This document shows positions 16,423 through 25,466 of a DNA stretch of 32,000 nt, piece by piece. The translations under genes were made by a program, and so were the position numbers. This DNA comes from a bacterium (GTDB lineage Bacteria; UBP7; UBA6624; JBBIMK01). The stretch is taken from assembly GCA_037444445.1 (NCBI GenBank), contig JBBIMK010000013.1, positions 22,394 through 54,393 of the forward strand, given 5' to 3'. The notes beneath the pieces are model-generated. The model was not told the origin of the DNA, made no database searches, and worked only from the letters and a program-made list of their open reading frames with translations. Numbering within the stretch: the stretch's first letter is position 1; each line of letters opens with the position of its first letter.

Positions 16423-17145
16423 TTATCCCCGTTTAGTGGAATAGGCAAGTCGGGATATAAAATAACTCAATATATACAGAATTATCAGGGGAATCGCCAG
16501 TGCTAACTGGGAAAAAATATCAGGAGAGGGAGTGAGAACACCCGCAAGGATAAAAATACCTACGATAATCCACTTCCACCGGGAGGCTAAAAAATCTGGC
16601 GAAAGTAATCCAATCCGACTGAAGATGTAAGACAGCAAAGGAACCTCAAAAATTATCCCGCACGCCACAATCATCCAGAGAATAAATCCCAGGTAGGCGG
16701 CTGTGCTGATGAAGGGTGACATCAGTTCACGACCAAAATTCAGGAGAAATTTCAGGGTGAGTGGCACGAGAACCAGATACCCGAAGCCAGCACCGACGAT
16801 AAATAGGAGAACAGCAGGGAAAAAATACAGGTAGAAAATCCGTCGCTCACCCGGATACAGGGCTGGCGCCACGAAAGCCCACGCCTGATAAAACACCACA
16901 GGAGAAGAAAGAATGACTCCCGACACCAGCGCCACCTTCACCAGCGTGGCAAAACCCTCCGCGGGGCGTGTGAAAACCAGTTTCTCCCCTCCAAGAGGCG
17001 AAAGGAGGAAGTGAAAAATAGGCTTCACATAAATAAAAGAAAGGATGGAAAGAAGAAGAATTGCCGAGATAGAAATCAGGATTCGGCTCCGCAGCTCCTC
17101 CAGATGCCCCTCCAGGGGCATCATCCGATTCTCCCTTTCTTCCAT
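16423..17145 (-). CDS. tatC: twin-arginine translocase subunit TatC
   Basis: MPLEGHLEELRSRILISI N-terminus and six predicted hydrophobic segments. Met8 (17124) has the better SD (AAGGGAG, 6-nt spacing), so the true start may be 17124. Confidence 0.9.
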   Translation of the reverse strand: MEERENRMMPLEGHLEELRSRILISISAILLLSILSFIYVKPIFHFLLSPLGGEKLVFTRPAEGFATLVKVALVSGVILSSPVVFYQAWAFVAPALYPGERRIFYLYFFPAVLLFIVGAGFGYLVLVPLTLKFLLNFGRELMSPFISTAAYLGFILWMIVACGIIFEVPLLSYIFSRIGLLSPDFLASRWKWIIVGIFILAGVLTPSPDIFSQLALAIPLIILYILSYFISRLAYSTKRG

Positions 17146-17218
17146 CCTTACCCATTATAAACCAATATTCTTGAAATAATGACATCGTTTGGGGTCAGGC
17201 ACCAAATGGTGACATTAT

Positions 17219-17224
17219 TATAAT
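17219..17224 (+). promoter_or_regulatory. candidate -10 hexamer TATAAT
   Basis: A perfect TATAAT sits 32 nt upstream of the preferred TTG start at 17256. No recognisable -35 or TG extension. Confidence 0.3.
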
Positions 17225-17255
17225 TAAGATGCCTGATGGTAAAGGAGGGGAAGTT

Positions 17256-18221
17256 TTGAGGTTAAAAATTTTTGCAAAAGGGATTATTTTTCTCTATGCG
17301 ATGGGTATATTCTTACCCGGGAAGGCTCTTTCGGATGAGTACTCGTCGGCGCTGACAGATACCCTCTGGATGACGGGCGGTCACGAGGGCAACCACCTTG
17401 CCGTGGGCGTCGGCTCGCCGAAGTCCGCTTCCAAATCCGACTCCGCAAAAAAGCCCGCGCCGAAATGGACGACTCACAAGAACCCCGCCGGCTTCTCCGT
17501 GGAACTCCCGCCCGGCTGGAGGGTGAAAGTCCAGCCGAAGTCGGGACGCCTTGACATCACGGGCGCCTCCAGTGAAAGGGTGGTCATCCTCCCCTTCTTC
17601 GTCCCCGATAACCCTGACGAAAAAGCCTTTCCGTCCATCCTGAAGGCGCTCGCCAAACAGGAAGTCGGCGACGGGGAGTGGGAGTCGCCGCAAGCGGTGG
17701 GCAAGTCCGCCCTCCGTATGACCGGCAAGTCCGCAGGTGCCAGGGTTGTTGCCGCCGTCGTTCACACCACAAGCGCCCGCGGCGCCGCAGGCTTCTTCTA
17801 TGCGACCTCCGCACCCGAAACAATCTACACAAAATCAGTGGACACTTTCGCTCGCATCCTCAAGAGTTTTCGCATCAAGGGCGCGCCGCCTGGCTCCGCA
17901 TCCGCCGTGAAACTTCCCGCCTTCGTCCAATGGCAGGACCCTCGCGAGAACGCCTTCAGCCTCCAGGTTCCCAAAGGATGGAGCATTGACGGCGGGATGT
18001 TCCGGTTCGCAACCGTTGACATCCGCGCCGAAGTCACCGCCGTCTCTCCCGACGGGAAAATCAGCCTCCGCCTCGGCGACAAGGACATTCCGCTGTTCAC
18101 CGAGCCGAATCCCACGCTGGCGATGGCGGGCTTCCACGAGGGCTCCCTTTATTCCCCTGGCTACGGCGTCGTCTTCCTCGTCAAACGCTACCTCCCGGGC
18201 GTCCAGTTCGCTGAGGAGTAG
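17256..18221 (+). CDS. secreted hypothetical protein, N-terminal segment of a frame interrupted by TAG
   Basis: The preferred start is TTG 17256, 5 nt after SD AAAGGAGGGG. This yields the signal peptide MRLKIFAKGIIFLYAMGIFLPGKALS. There are two copies of an FS(V/L)(E/Q)(L/V)P(P/K)GW motif. It ends at TAG 18219-18221. Confidence 0.7.
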   Translation: MRLKIFAKGIIFLYAMGIFLPGKALSDEYSSALTDTLWMTGGHEGNHLAVGVGSPKSASKSDSAKKPAPKWTTHKNPAGFSVELPPGWRVKVQPKSGRLDITGASSERVVILPFFVPDNPDEKAFPSILKALAKQEVGDGEWESPQAVGKSALRMTGKSAGARVVAAVVHTTSARGAAGFFYATSAPETIYTKSVDTFARILKSFRIKGAPPGSASAVKLPAFVQWQDPRENAFSLQVPKGWSIDGGMFRFATVDIRAEVTAVSPDGKISLRLGDKDIPLFTEPNPTLAMAGFHEGSLYSPGYGVVFLVKRYLPGVQFAEE

Positions 18222-18869
18222 GTGAACCTCCGCATCGCGCCCCAGTGCGCCGACCTCCAGATTGTGGAACGCAAGGACCGTCCTGACATCTCCGACATTT
18301 TCAACCAGATTTACGCCCGCTATTCAGTGTACGGCGCGGGGCTCGTCCTCACCACCGGCGAGGTCGCCTTCACCTGCAAAAAAGAGGACAAACCGATGAA
18401 GGGTTACTACTTCGCGGGCACCCAGCAGACCTACATTCAGGGCATCGGCGCCGGTCCCTGGAATATGCAATACCTCGCCGGCTTCCTCGCCGAAAGCGAC
18501 CACGCGGATACCGCTCAGGCTATCGGCGAGCATATGCTGAATACCTTTCAGGTCAACCCCGACTGGGCTCAAAGGCAACAGAATCTGACCGCGGAAACAA
18601 GCAAGGTCGTCAGCGAGACCCACGAGCACATTTCCAGGGTCATCAACGACACCTACTGGAACCGGCAGGGCGTAATGGACGAGATTGACCGCCGCCGCTC
18701 TAACGCCATTCTCGGCGTCGTGGATGTCGTGGACGAAAAATATGGCAAAGAATACAAGGTGGAAAATAGTTCCAACTACTACTGGATAGACCATCGCGGA
18801 AACATCGTCGGCACCGACACCTACACCATTCCCAGTATTGACTTCCGCGAACTTATCCTCCTGCCATAG
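18222..18869 (+). CDS. hypothetical protein, same frame as 17256..18221 and starting at the codon right after its TAG
   Basis: GTG 18222 directly follows the TAG. The only SD-like sequence (GAGGAG) ends 3 nt before it. The sequence reads on smoothly from the upstream ORF (..VQFAEE*VNLRIAPQ..). It also ends in TAG. Confidence 0.55.
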   Translation: MNLRIAPQCADLQIVERKDRPDISDIFNQIYARYSVYGAGLVLTTGEVAFTCKKEDKPMKGYYFAGTQQTYIQGIGAGPWNMQYLAGFLAESDHADTAQAIGEHMLNTFQVNPDWAQRQQNLTAETSKVVSETHEHISRVINDTYWNRQGVMDEIDRRRSNAILGVVDVVDEKYGKEYKVENSSNYYWIDHRGNIVGTDTYTIPSIDFRELILLP

Positions 18870-18880
18870 GACCAGCGTGG

Positions 18881-18926
18881 AGACAGGGTATCCTCCTGTC
18901 TGAAATTGGGAGAGCAGGTCTCTCCC
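18881..18926 (+). terminator. two consecutive hairpins after the TAG stop
   Basis: AGACAGG/CCTGTCT (18881-18887/18895-18901) and GGGAGAG/CTCTCCC (18908-18914/18920-18926). No U-tracts. Confidence 0.3.
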
Positions 18927-18973
18927 TGCCCGAATGTATGTATCAAGCAAGGCTATGTATTGGATGGATTTTA

Positions 18974-18982
18974 TGATATAGT
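18974..18982 (+). promoter_or_regulatory. candidate extended -10 element TGATATAGT
   Basis: TGaTATAGT ends 6 nt before ATG 18989, which implies a leaderless or near-leaderless transcript. Confidence 0.35.
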
Positions 18983-18988
18983 ATAGGA

Positions 18989-19936
18989 ATGGTGGGCTGG
19001 ATTAAGGATATAATCCCGGATGCCCCGTTTGAGGGGGTTCTTCTCATCCGCAGGGTTGAAGTCAGAAGGAAGAAAGATGGGGGGCCCTTCCTTTCTTTCT
19101 TTTTCTCGGATAAAACGGGTGAAATAGCGGGGAATTACTGGAGTCCTCCAGCCTCCCAGATGAATGCCTTTTCCGAGGGGGAAGTGGTGCAGGTGAAGGG
19201 GAGGGGGCGGAAATTTATGGGCGCCCCGGAACTGGATGTGGAATGGCTGGAAAAAGTCTCCCACTGGTCGCCTGAGCAATTCGTGGAGAAAACCCCTCTC
19301 CACCCCGATGTGTATCTAAAAACCCTGCGAGAGTATGTGGCGGGCGTTTCATTACCCCCTCTCCGATCGTTATTAGAAGAGGCACTGAAGGAGGAGAAAC
19401 TCCCCACGGCGCCTGCGGCAAAGATGATGCACCATCCTGTCATTGGCGGGCTCATTGAACATATCACCACTCTCCTCCGGCTATCCGATGCGGTTGCAAA
19501 AATCTATCCAGAAGTGAACCGGGATTTGCTCGTTGCCGGCATAATCCTCCATGACATCGGTAAAATTTATGAACTGGACATTACGACGAAGGTGGATTTT
19601 ACCACCCGGGGTCGCCTGTTAGGGCATATCTTCCAGGGCTGTGAATGGGTCCTGAAGAAGATAGAAAAAATCCCTGACTTCCCAGAGGATGTGAAAATGA
19701 AACTCCTTCATATTATTCTCTCCCATCACGGGGAGCAGGAACTCGGCTCGCCCGTGCTTCCCCAGACCCTGGAAGCCATCGTGATTCACATGCTGGATAA
19801 TCTGGATGCCAAGTACTGGGCTTTCAAAAACCAGATTCAAACGCAGAAAGAGCCCGATTCTGACTGGACGGACTATCATAAATTGCTGAAGCGCTTTATC
19901 TACTTTGACAGGAGGGAAGAAGAGCGTGGTGGATGA
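18989..19936 (+). CDS. yhaM: OB-fold + HD-domain 3'-5' exoribonuclease, YhaM-like
   Basis: N-terminal OB fold ([17 protein letters not shown]...GEVVQVKG). HD domain motifs: [38 protein letters not shown]. 315 aa. Confidence 0.75.
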   Translation: MVGWIKDIIPDAPFEGVLLIRRVEVRRKKDGGPFLSFFFSDKTGEIAGNYWSPPASQMNAFSEGEVVQVKGRGRKFMGAPELDVEWLEKVSHWSPEQFVEKTPLHPDVYLKTLREYVAGVSLPPLRSLLEEALKEEKLPTAPAAKMMHHPVIGGLIEHITTLLRLSDAVAKIYPEVNRDLLVAGIILHDIGKIYELDITTKVDFTTRGRLLGHIFQGCEWVLKKIEKIPDFPEDVKMKLLHIILSHHGEQELGSPVLPQTLEAIVIHMLDNLDAKYWAFKNQIQTQKEPDSDWTDYHKLLKRFIYFDRREEERGG

Positions 19937-22352
19937 GAAATTACCCTTCAGCGGGGAGATGGGGCGTATCCTTACGGTCCCCTTAGAGGGGGAAACGAAA
20001 ACCTCTTATCTGGAATACGCCATGAGCGTCATTGTGGGGCGAGCATTGCCCGACGCCAGGGACGGGTTAAAACCTGTTCACACCCGGATTTTATATGCCA
20101 TGCTCCGGGAGGGTCTGTATCCTGACCGGCGGTTCATCAAGTCTGCCGGCGTCGTGGGTGAAGTGATTAAAAAATACCACCCCCACGGGGATGCGGCGGT
20201 GTATGATGCCCTCGTTCGTATGGTCCAGGATTTCTCTATGCGCTATCCTCTGGTGGAGGGGCACGGCAACTTCGGTTCTGTGGACGGCGACCCCCCTGCC
20301 GCCTACCGATACACCGAGGTTCGCCTCTCCAAAATCGCCATGGAAATGCTGGCAGATATAGAGAAGGAAACGGTGGACTTCCGCCCCAATTTTGACGGCT
20401 CCACGGAAGAACCTGTCTGGCTACCCTCCAAACTCCCCCAACTTTTGATGAACGGCTCCCTCGGATTAGCCGTCGGTATGGCCACCAACATCCCACCCCA
20501 CAACCTCGGTGAACTGGTGGATGCCCTCCTTCTTCTCCAGGACCATCCCGAGGTCTCTGTGGATGACCTGATGGCGAAAATCCCCGGTCCTGATTTCCCA
20601 ACGGGCGGCGTGATTGTGGGGCGAGATAAAGTCTATCAAGCCTACCGCGAGGGAAAAGGTAAAATCACCCTCCGAGCAAAGGTGGTGGTGGAAGAGGATA
20701 AAAAACACCCAAGAATCGTCGTCACAGAGATCCCCTTCCTGATTCGGAAAGCGGACATCGTAGAGCAAATTGCTTCCCTGATTAAGGACCGAAGGCTGGA
20801 AGGGATTGAAGACCTGAGGGACGAAACGGATAAATCCGGCATCCGCATCGTGCTGGAACTGGAGAGCCGACAAAATGTCCCTCTTGTGCTTCATCAACTC
20901 TTCCGGCTCACCCCATTGCAGGTAACCTTGAATGTTACCTTCCTCGCTCTGGTCAAAGGTGTTCCCCGAATCCTCAACCTCAAGCAGGCGCTGGAAGTTT
21001 TCCTGGAACACCGAAGGGAATGCATCCATCGCAGAACGAAGTTTGAACTCCGGGAAGCCCGAAACCGGGAGCACATCCTGCAGGGCTTGCAAATTGCCCT
21101 TCAGCACATAGATGATGTTATTCAACTGATTAAACGGTCGCCATCCACTGAAGAAGCCAGAGCCCGCCTCATCAAGAAATTCTCCCTGACAGAAATTCAG
21201 GCAAAAGCCATCCTGGATATGCGCCTTTCAACCCTCACCCGCCTCGAAACCGACAAAATCCAAACGGAAATTCAAGAAATCCGGAAGAAGATACAATCCT
21301 TAGAGGAGATTTTGAACAGCCCGGAGCGTTTGAAGCAACTCATTTCTGAGGAACTGATGGAAATCCAGCGCAAATATGCGGACCCCCGCCGAACCCGGTT
21401 TGAAGAGCCTGAAGAGGTGGACCTTTCCCAGTTAATCCCCCACGAGCAAGTGGTGGTAACCATCACGAGGAAAGGCTATATCAAACGGGTGCCTCTGGAG
21501 GCCTACAAAACCTACGGGAAGGGCGGAAAGGGGCTCATCGGCCTGGAACTCACCAAGGGCGACTCCGTGCACGACCTCTGTATCGCCTGGACCACGGACC
21601 CCCTGTATATTTTCACCTGGGCAGGAAAGATGTATTCTCTGGATACACACACGGTTTACGACTCGGACCGCTACGGGCGGGGACGCCCCATCATCAATCT
21701 CTTAAAAGGCGTTGGTGAAGAGGATGTAGCTCTGTTGAAAGCCTCGGTGGAGAATAAACCCTATCTGGTTCTCCTATCCCAGCGGGGGAAAGTAAAGAAA
21801 TTGGATTTCCCACCCCTGCTCCCCCTGCGTCGGAGTGGAAAGCAGGTGATGAAGGTGCGCCCGGGCGACCGCCTCCTGGAATCCTTCTGGGTGGATGAAC
21901 AGGACCGGATTTTTATCGTCACCCGAAAAGGCAGGGGCGTCCTGTTCTCCGTCGGGCAGGTGCGAACGATGGGCCGGGTGGCTGCAGGAGTCCGGGGCAT
22001 TCGCCTCGCACCCGATGACTCCGTTGCCGGTGCCTGCGTCCTCTCCAAATCTGAAAACCTCCTCCTCATCACTCAAAAAGGTTATGCCAAACGCCTCCCC
22101 GCTAAATTTATCCGCGAATACGCCCACCGCGGCGGCAAGGGCGTGATTGTCTACCGCCTCTCCGAAAAAACGGGCGACATCATCGGCGTCAGAAATATCC
22201 TATCCGAAGAAGAACTCGTTACCATCACTACCCAGGGAAAAGTCATGCGCCAGCGCATCAAAGGTATTGCCACTCAGGCACGCTATGCCCGTGGTGTGAA
22301 AGCGGTTACTTTAGAGCCTGACGACCTGCTGGAAAACTTCGACCTGCTGTAA
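19926..22352 (+). CDS. gyrA: DNA gyrase subunit A (type IIA topoisomerase A subunit)
   Basis: [48 protein letters not shown], and the active-site [11 protein letters not shown]-terminal beta-pinwheel repeats carry a GyrA-box-like GKGGKG. The start is set to GTG 19926, 9 nt after GGAGGG. The tracked TTG 19905 and ATG 19959 are alternatives. Confidence 0.88.
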   Translation: MVDEKLPFSGEMGRILTVPLEGETKTSYLEYAMSVIVGRALPDARDGLKPVHTRILYAMLREGLYPDRRFIKSAGVVGEVIKKYHPHGDAAVYDALVRMVQDFSMRYPLVEGHGNFGSVDGDPPAAYRYTEVRLSKIAMEMLADIEKETVDFRPNFDGSTEEPVWLPSKLPQLLMNGSLGLAVGMATNIPPHNLGELVDALLLLQDHPEVSVDDLMAKIPGPDFPTGGVIVGRDKVYQAYREGKGKITLRAKVVVEEDKKHPRIVVTEIPFLIRKADIVEQIASLIKDRRLEGIEDLRDETDKSGIRIVLELESRQNVPLVLHQLFRLTPLQVTLNVTFLALVKGVPRILNLKQALEVFLEHRRECIHRRTKFELREARNREHILQGLQIALQHIDDVIQLIKRSPSTEEARARLIKKFSLTEIQAKAILDMRLSTLTRLETDKIQTEIQEIRKKIQSLEEILNSPERLKQLISEELMEIQRKYADPRRTRFEEPEEVDLSQLIPHEQVVVTITRKGYIKRVPLEAYKTYGKGGKGLIGLELTKGDSVHDLCIAWTTDPLYIFTWAGKMYSLDTHTVYDSDRYGRGRPIINLLKGVGEEDVALLKASVENKPYLVLLSQRGKVKKLDFPPLLPLRRSGKQVMKVRPGDRLLESFWVDEQDRIFIVTRKGRGVLFSVGQVRTMGRVAAGVRGIRLAPDDSVAGACVLSKSENLLLITQKGYAKRLPAKFIREYAHRGGKGVIVYRLSEKTGDIIGVRNILSEEELVTITTQGKVMRQRIKGIATQARYARGVKAVTLEPDDLLENFDLL

Positions 22353-22422
22353 AAGGGCATAAGTTTCTATCCTCCGGGTAGTGCCTCCCCCCATTTTATG
22401 ACCCCGATGGCTAATCAGCGGA

Positions 22423-22431
22423 TGGTATAAT
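22423..22431 (+). promoter_or_regulatory. candidate extended -10 promoter TGGTATAAT
   Basis: TGgTATAAT lies 24 nt upstream of ATG 22455, followed by SD GGAGGTGG (22440-22447). Confidence 0.5.
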
Positions 22432-22454
22432 AATGCTCTGGAGGTGGTTGCAGG

Positions 22455-23633
22455 ATGCGACCTACAGCGACAGCAGTGGAAAGGCTGTCGGGGGAGAGAG
22501 CCTTTTATGTGCTGGCTCGAGCCCAGCAACTGGAGAAGGAGAAGGGCATTCGCTACTGCCATTTTGAAATCGGTGAGCCAGACTTTGATACGCCGTTGAA
22601 CATCAAGAACTCCGCCCGAAAAGCCCTGGAAGAGCACCGCTACACCCATTACACAGGCTCTCAAGGATTGCCCGAGTTGCGGTCTGCTATCGCAAGTCAT
22701 ATTTCAAACACCCGGGGTGTCCCAGTCAGCCCCGATGAAGTGGTCGTCGGGCATGGAGCCAAACCCATCATCTTCGCTTCCATTGTTGCCCTGGTGGACA
22801 TCGGCGACGAGGTCATCCTATCCAATCCCTCTTATCCAGCCTATGAGTCAGCCATCCGTTTCGCTGGCGGTATCCCCGTGGAAGTTCCCCTCCTCGAGGA
22901 GAGAGATTTTGTGATGGACATAGATTTCCTCCTCAGCCGCGTAACGAACCGAACGAAATTGATTGTGTTGAATTCACCCCAGAATCCCACCGGTGGAGTT
23001 CTCGCACCGGATGACCTGAAAGCCATCGCAGAGGTGGCGATTCAGCGCGACCTGTGGGTCATCTCGGATGAAATTTATAGCGAAATTATCTACGATGGAA
23101 AGCACCACAGTATTTTTTCCATCCCGGGGATGAAGGAGAGAACAGTGCTGATTGATGGCTTTTCTAAAACCTACGCCATGACGGGCTGGCGCCTGGGATA
23201 TGGAGTGATGAACCCGAACCTCCTCGTGAAGCCGGTGACCCTGATGGTGAACAATATGATTTCTTGCACCGCCCCTTTCATCCAGGTAGCGGGGATTGAA
23301 GCCCTTCAGGGCCCTCAGGAGGAAGCCAGTAAAATGGTGGCTGAATACCGTAGACGGCGGGATGCCATCGTGGACGGCTTGAACGCCATTCCCGGCATCC
23401 GCTGTAAAAAACCCAGGGGCGCTTTCTATGTGTTTCCCAACATCTCCTCTTATGGAGGGCGTTCAGCAGAAATCGCCGACTATCTCCTCCAGGAAGGTGG
23501 GGTGGCGCTCCTGCCTGGAACGGACTTCGGCTCCCGGGGAGAAGGCTACCTCCGCCTCTGCTTTGCCCGCTCCGTGGAAGAAATTCAACTGGGTATGGAG
23601 CGGATGAAAACCGCCCTCGCTAAAATGCACTAA
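22455..23633 (+). CDS. PLP-dependent class I/II aminotransferase (aspartate/aromatic type)
   Basis: LNSPQNPTGGV, ISDEIYSEIIYDG, and the PLP-lysine motif GFSKTYAMTGWRLGY. 392 aa. Confidence 0.9.
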   Translation: MRPTATAVERLSGERAFYVLARAQQLEKEKGIRYCHFEIGEPDFDTPLNIKNSARKALEEHRYTHYTGSQGLPELRSAIASHISNTRGVPVSPDEVVVGHGAKPIIFASIVALVDIGDEVILSNPSYPAYESAIRFAGGIPVEVPLLEERDFVMDIDFLLSRVTNRTKLIVLNSPQNPTGGVLAPDDLKAIAEVAIQRDLWVISDEIYSEIIYDGKHHSIFSIPGMKERTVLIDGFSKTYAMTGWRLGYGVMNPNLLVKPVTLMVNNMISCTAPFIQVAGIEALQGPQEEASKMVAEYRRRRDAIVDGLNAIPGIRCKKPRGAFYVFPNISSYGGRSAEIADYLLQEGGVALLPGTDFGSRGEGYLRLCFARSVEEIQLGMERMKTALAKMH

Positions 23634-23660
23634 CCGGTTCCCACTGGGTGATGGGCGACA

Positions 23661-23831
23661 ATGGCTGAGGATGAGTCCCTGCTTCCGAGGCTCGGCGGTT
23701 ACCGGAAACTGAAAACCTTCCAGATTGCCCGATTGATTTATGATGTCGCAGTGCGATTCTGCGACTCCTGCATTGGTAAGCGAACCCGCACTCACGACCG
23801 GATGGTGCAGGCGGAGCGCTCCGGAGGCTGA
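23661..23831 (+). pseudogene. truncated four-helix-bundle (23S rRNA intervening-sequence protein-like) gene fragment
   Basis: A 56-codon ORF reads MAEDESLLPRLGGYRKLKTFQIARLIYDVAVRFCDSCIGKRTRTHDRMVQAERSGG*. From memory it matches the N-terminus of this family (..YRxLxxFQxAxxxYDxTxxFCxxxIxxRSRTxDQMVQAARSG..) and stops where NIAEG should follow. Out-of-frame remnants (NRFQIWLNGNP) follow. Confidence 0.5.
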
Positions 23832-23990
23832 ACCAGATGGATAGCATTCACACAACCCCAAAGACCCCGCCCCCGGCTGAAGGAAGAAGCGGAACGGAAC
23901 CGCTTCCAAATCTGGCTGAACGGCAACCCCTATCCGTGAAGATGATGGATTGATTCCGATGGAGAGGGTGAAACCTCCTTACCTTGCTAA

Positions 23991-24097
23991 AGGGTGGTGG
24001 CGGATTTGAAAATGGCGATTCAACTGGCTCCGGAAAATAAAGAGATGGCGAAGACGATGCTGATTTTGACCCCATCCGAAATGACCCGGAGTTTCAG
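23991..24097 (+). repeat. copy 1 of a decayed TPR-gene 3' end (R1)
   Basis: 107 nt. Compared with R2, the first 37 nt and the last 53 nt are identical except for a 1-nt deletion (AAGAC-GATG), and a 17-nt central patch has 9 mismatches. It encodes VVADLKMAIQLAPENKEMAKT and is then frameshifted. Confidence 0.85.
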
Positions 24098-24143
24098 AAC
24101 CTGCTCTAAGGGAAAAGGAAGTGATGAAGCAGGAAAAGATGGT

Positions 24144-24178
24144 TGATTTCGGAAATCAGTTGCGGGTTATGATATAAT
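24144..24178 (+). promoter_or_regulatory. hicBA promoter region: perfect 15-bp palindrome plus extended -10
   Basis: TGATTTCgGAAATCA (24144-24158) sits where a -35 would be. TGaTATAAT lies at 24170-24178, 25 nt before ATG 24204. Confidence 0.45.
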
Positions 24179-24203
24179 TTCTCCCGGTAGGGGGCTGATT
24201 GCA

Positions 24204-24452
24204 ATGAAGATGATAAGATACACCGTTTATTTTGAGCCTCTAAAAGAAGGTGGATATGGGGTTGTAGTGCCATCGCTCCCAGGCGTGATTACCTATGGAA
24301 AGACTCTCAGGGAAGCCCGAAAAATGGCTAAAGAAGCCATAGAATGCCATCTGGAGGGCCTTCTGAAGGATGGTCAGCCTTTGCCGGAAGGGGAGGAACC
24401 CTCTGAAGAACCCATCCGTGAAAAAGTTTCCGTCCTCCTAAAATCTGCTTGA
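24204..24452 (+). CDS. hicB: HicB-family antitoxin (UPF0150-type, short form)
   Basis: YTVYFEPLKEGGYGVVVPSLPGVITYGKTLREARKMAKEAIECHLEGL is the HicB N-terminal fold pattern. It overlaps the downstream toxin gene (TTGA). Confidence 0.8.
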   Translation: MKMIRYTVYFEPLKEGGYGVVVPSLPGVITYGKTLREARKMAKEAIECHLEGLLKDGQPLPEGEEPSEEPIREKVSVLLKSA

Positions 24453-24685
24453 ACCCTAAATTACCCGTTCTTCCTGCCAGAAAAGTGGTCCAGGTCTTGA
24501 AAAAGGCTGGGTTTATTGTTCACCATCAGAAAGGAAGTCATATTCAACTAAAACATCCGGCAAAATCGGGCCTTCGTATCACTGTTCCATACCATAGCAG
24601 GGACTTGCCTCCAGATGTTCTCAGAAGCATCCTCAAACAAGCCCAACTCTCGGTGGAAGATTTTTTGAAATGGATGAGAAAGTAA
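24449..24685 (+). CDS. hicA: HicA-family mRNA interferase toxin
   Basis: ARKVVQVLKKAGFIVHHQKGSHIQLKHP...ITVPYHSRDLPPDVLRSILKQA matches the HicA/YcfA pattern. The TTG start overlaps the hicB stop. Confidence 0.8.
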   Translation: MNPKLPVLPARKVVQVLKKAGFIVHHQKGSHIQLKHPAKSGLRITVPYHSRDLPPDVLRSILKQAQLSVEDFLKWMRK

Positions 24686-24698
24686 GCAGAGACGGAAG

Positions 24699-24900
24699 AA
24701 TGCCCAAGCCTACTACAACCGCTCGCAACTACTCTTTGAAGTTCGGCTCGGAAAGAAAGGAAAAGGATAAGAAGAGGGTGGTGGCGGATTTGAAAATGGC
24801 GATTCAACTGGACCCTGTGCGTAAGGAAATGGCGAAGACGGATGCTGATTTTGACCCCATCCGAAATGACCCGGAGTTTCAGGTATTGTTAGGGGGATGA
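24699..24900 (+). pseudogene. frameshifted TPR-repeat gene remnant (contains repeat R2)
   Basis: One frame reads NAQAYYNRSQLLFEVRLGKKGKG*. Another frame reads ..KRVVADLKMAIQLDPVRKEMAKTDADFDPIRNDPEFQVLLGG*. Together they make one TPR motif plus the C-terminal tail. The tracked ORF 24670..24900 has no SD and overlaps hicA. Confidence 0.6.
24775..24882 (+). repeat. copy 2 of the TPR-gene 3' end (R2)
   Basis: 108 nt. See R1 for the alignment. This is the only copy with an intact reading frame to a stop codon. Confidence 0.85.
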
Positions 24901-25000
24901 TGGTGCCGGGATAGAGGATGTGGACAGAGGAAAGCAGGTGCATTCAGCCGGTGAGCTGCTGGAGACGGAATGGGCGATTCTATCCCCAGGAGGTCGGGCG

Positions 25001-25030
25001 TGATATAATGAATGGAGAATGAGTTCTCCA
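25001..25030 (+). promoter_or_regulatory. mntA-hepT promoter region: extended -10 plus inverted repeat
   Basis: TGaTATAAT lies at 25001-25009. TGGAGAAtgagTTCTCCA (25013-25030, 7-bp arms) lies over the expected transcription start. A weak SD AAGGA sits 6 nt before ATG 25041. Confidence 0.45.
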
Positions 25031-25040
25031 AGGAACCAAA

Positions 25041-25466
25041 ATGAGCGGAATGGATGAGAGACCGAAAGAGATGGGGTTGGAAGAAAGGGAGCAGGTTATC
25101 AGCGCTCTGACTCTGCTGGTTCAAAGGCAGGAGGAGGTGGTCTTCGCTTACCTGATGGGTTCGTTCTCGGAAGACTTGCCTTTTCGCGATGTGGATGTGG
25201 CGGTGTGGGCGGAGGAAATCCCGCAGATGCAGGCGTGGGATTATGAAGCAGACCTCTCGGTAAAACTGTCGCGAGAGTTGAAACTGCCTGTGGAGGTTCA
25301 CCTGCTGAATTCCGCACCCACTGGCTTTCGGTTTAGAGCCACTTCCGGGCGCCTGCTCTTCTCCAGAAATGAAGCATTCCGCCTGAATTTTGTGGAGCGA
25401 ACCTGGCTGGAATACTGGGACTTTCGCCCCCTCACGGAACAAATCGTGAAGGATTCCTTCCGATGA
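25041..25466 (+). CDS. mntA: minimal nucleotidyltransferase (MNT) antitoxin
   Basis: The GSFSEDLPFRDVDVAVW motif (G-S ... D-x-D), 141 aa. ATGA overlap with the downstream HEPN gene. Confidence 0.8.
   Translation: MSGMDERPKEMGLEEREQVISALTLLVQRQEEVVFAYLMGSFSEDLPFRDVDVAVWAEEIPQMQAWDYEADLSVKLSRELKLPVEVHLLNSAPTGFRFRATSGRLLFSRNEAFRLNFVERTWLEYWDFRPLTEQIVKDSFR

Noticed and set aside
18219-18221. In-frame TAG as a pyrrolysine codon or a sign of stop-codon reassignment
   Set aside because: The same frame terminates at another TAG (18867-18869). No pyl genes or methylamine methyltransferase context are visible. All other genes use TAA/TGA normally. This cannot be excluded without the whole genome, but it is the least likely explanation.
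24670-24900. Tracked 76-aa ORF as an intact small TPR gene
   Set aside because: It starts inside hicA and lacks an SD. Its N-terminal half is out of frame with the obvious TPR motif (NAQAYYNR) that is readable in another frame. It is best explained as a frameshifted remnant.
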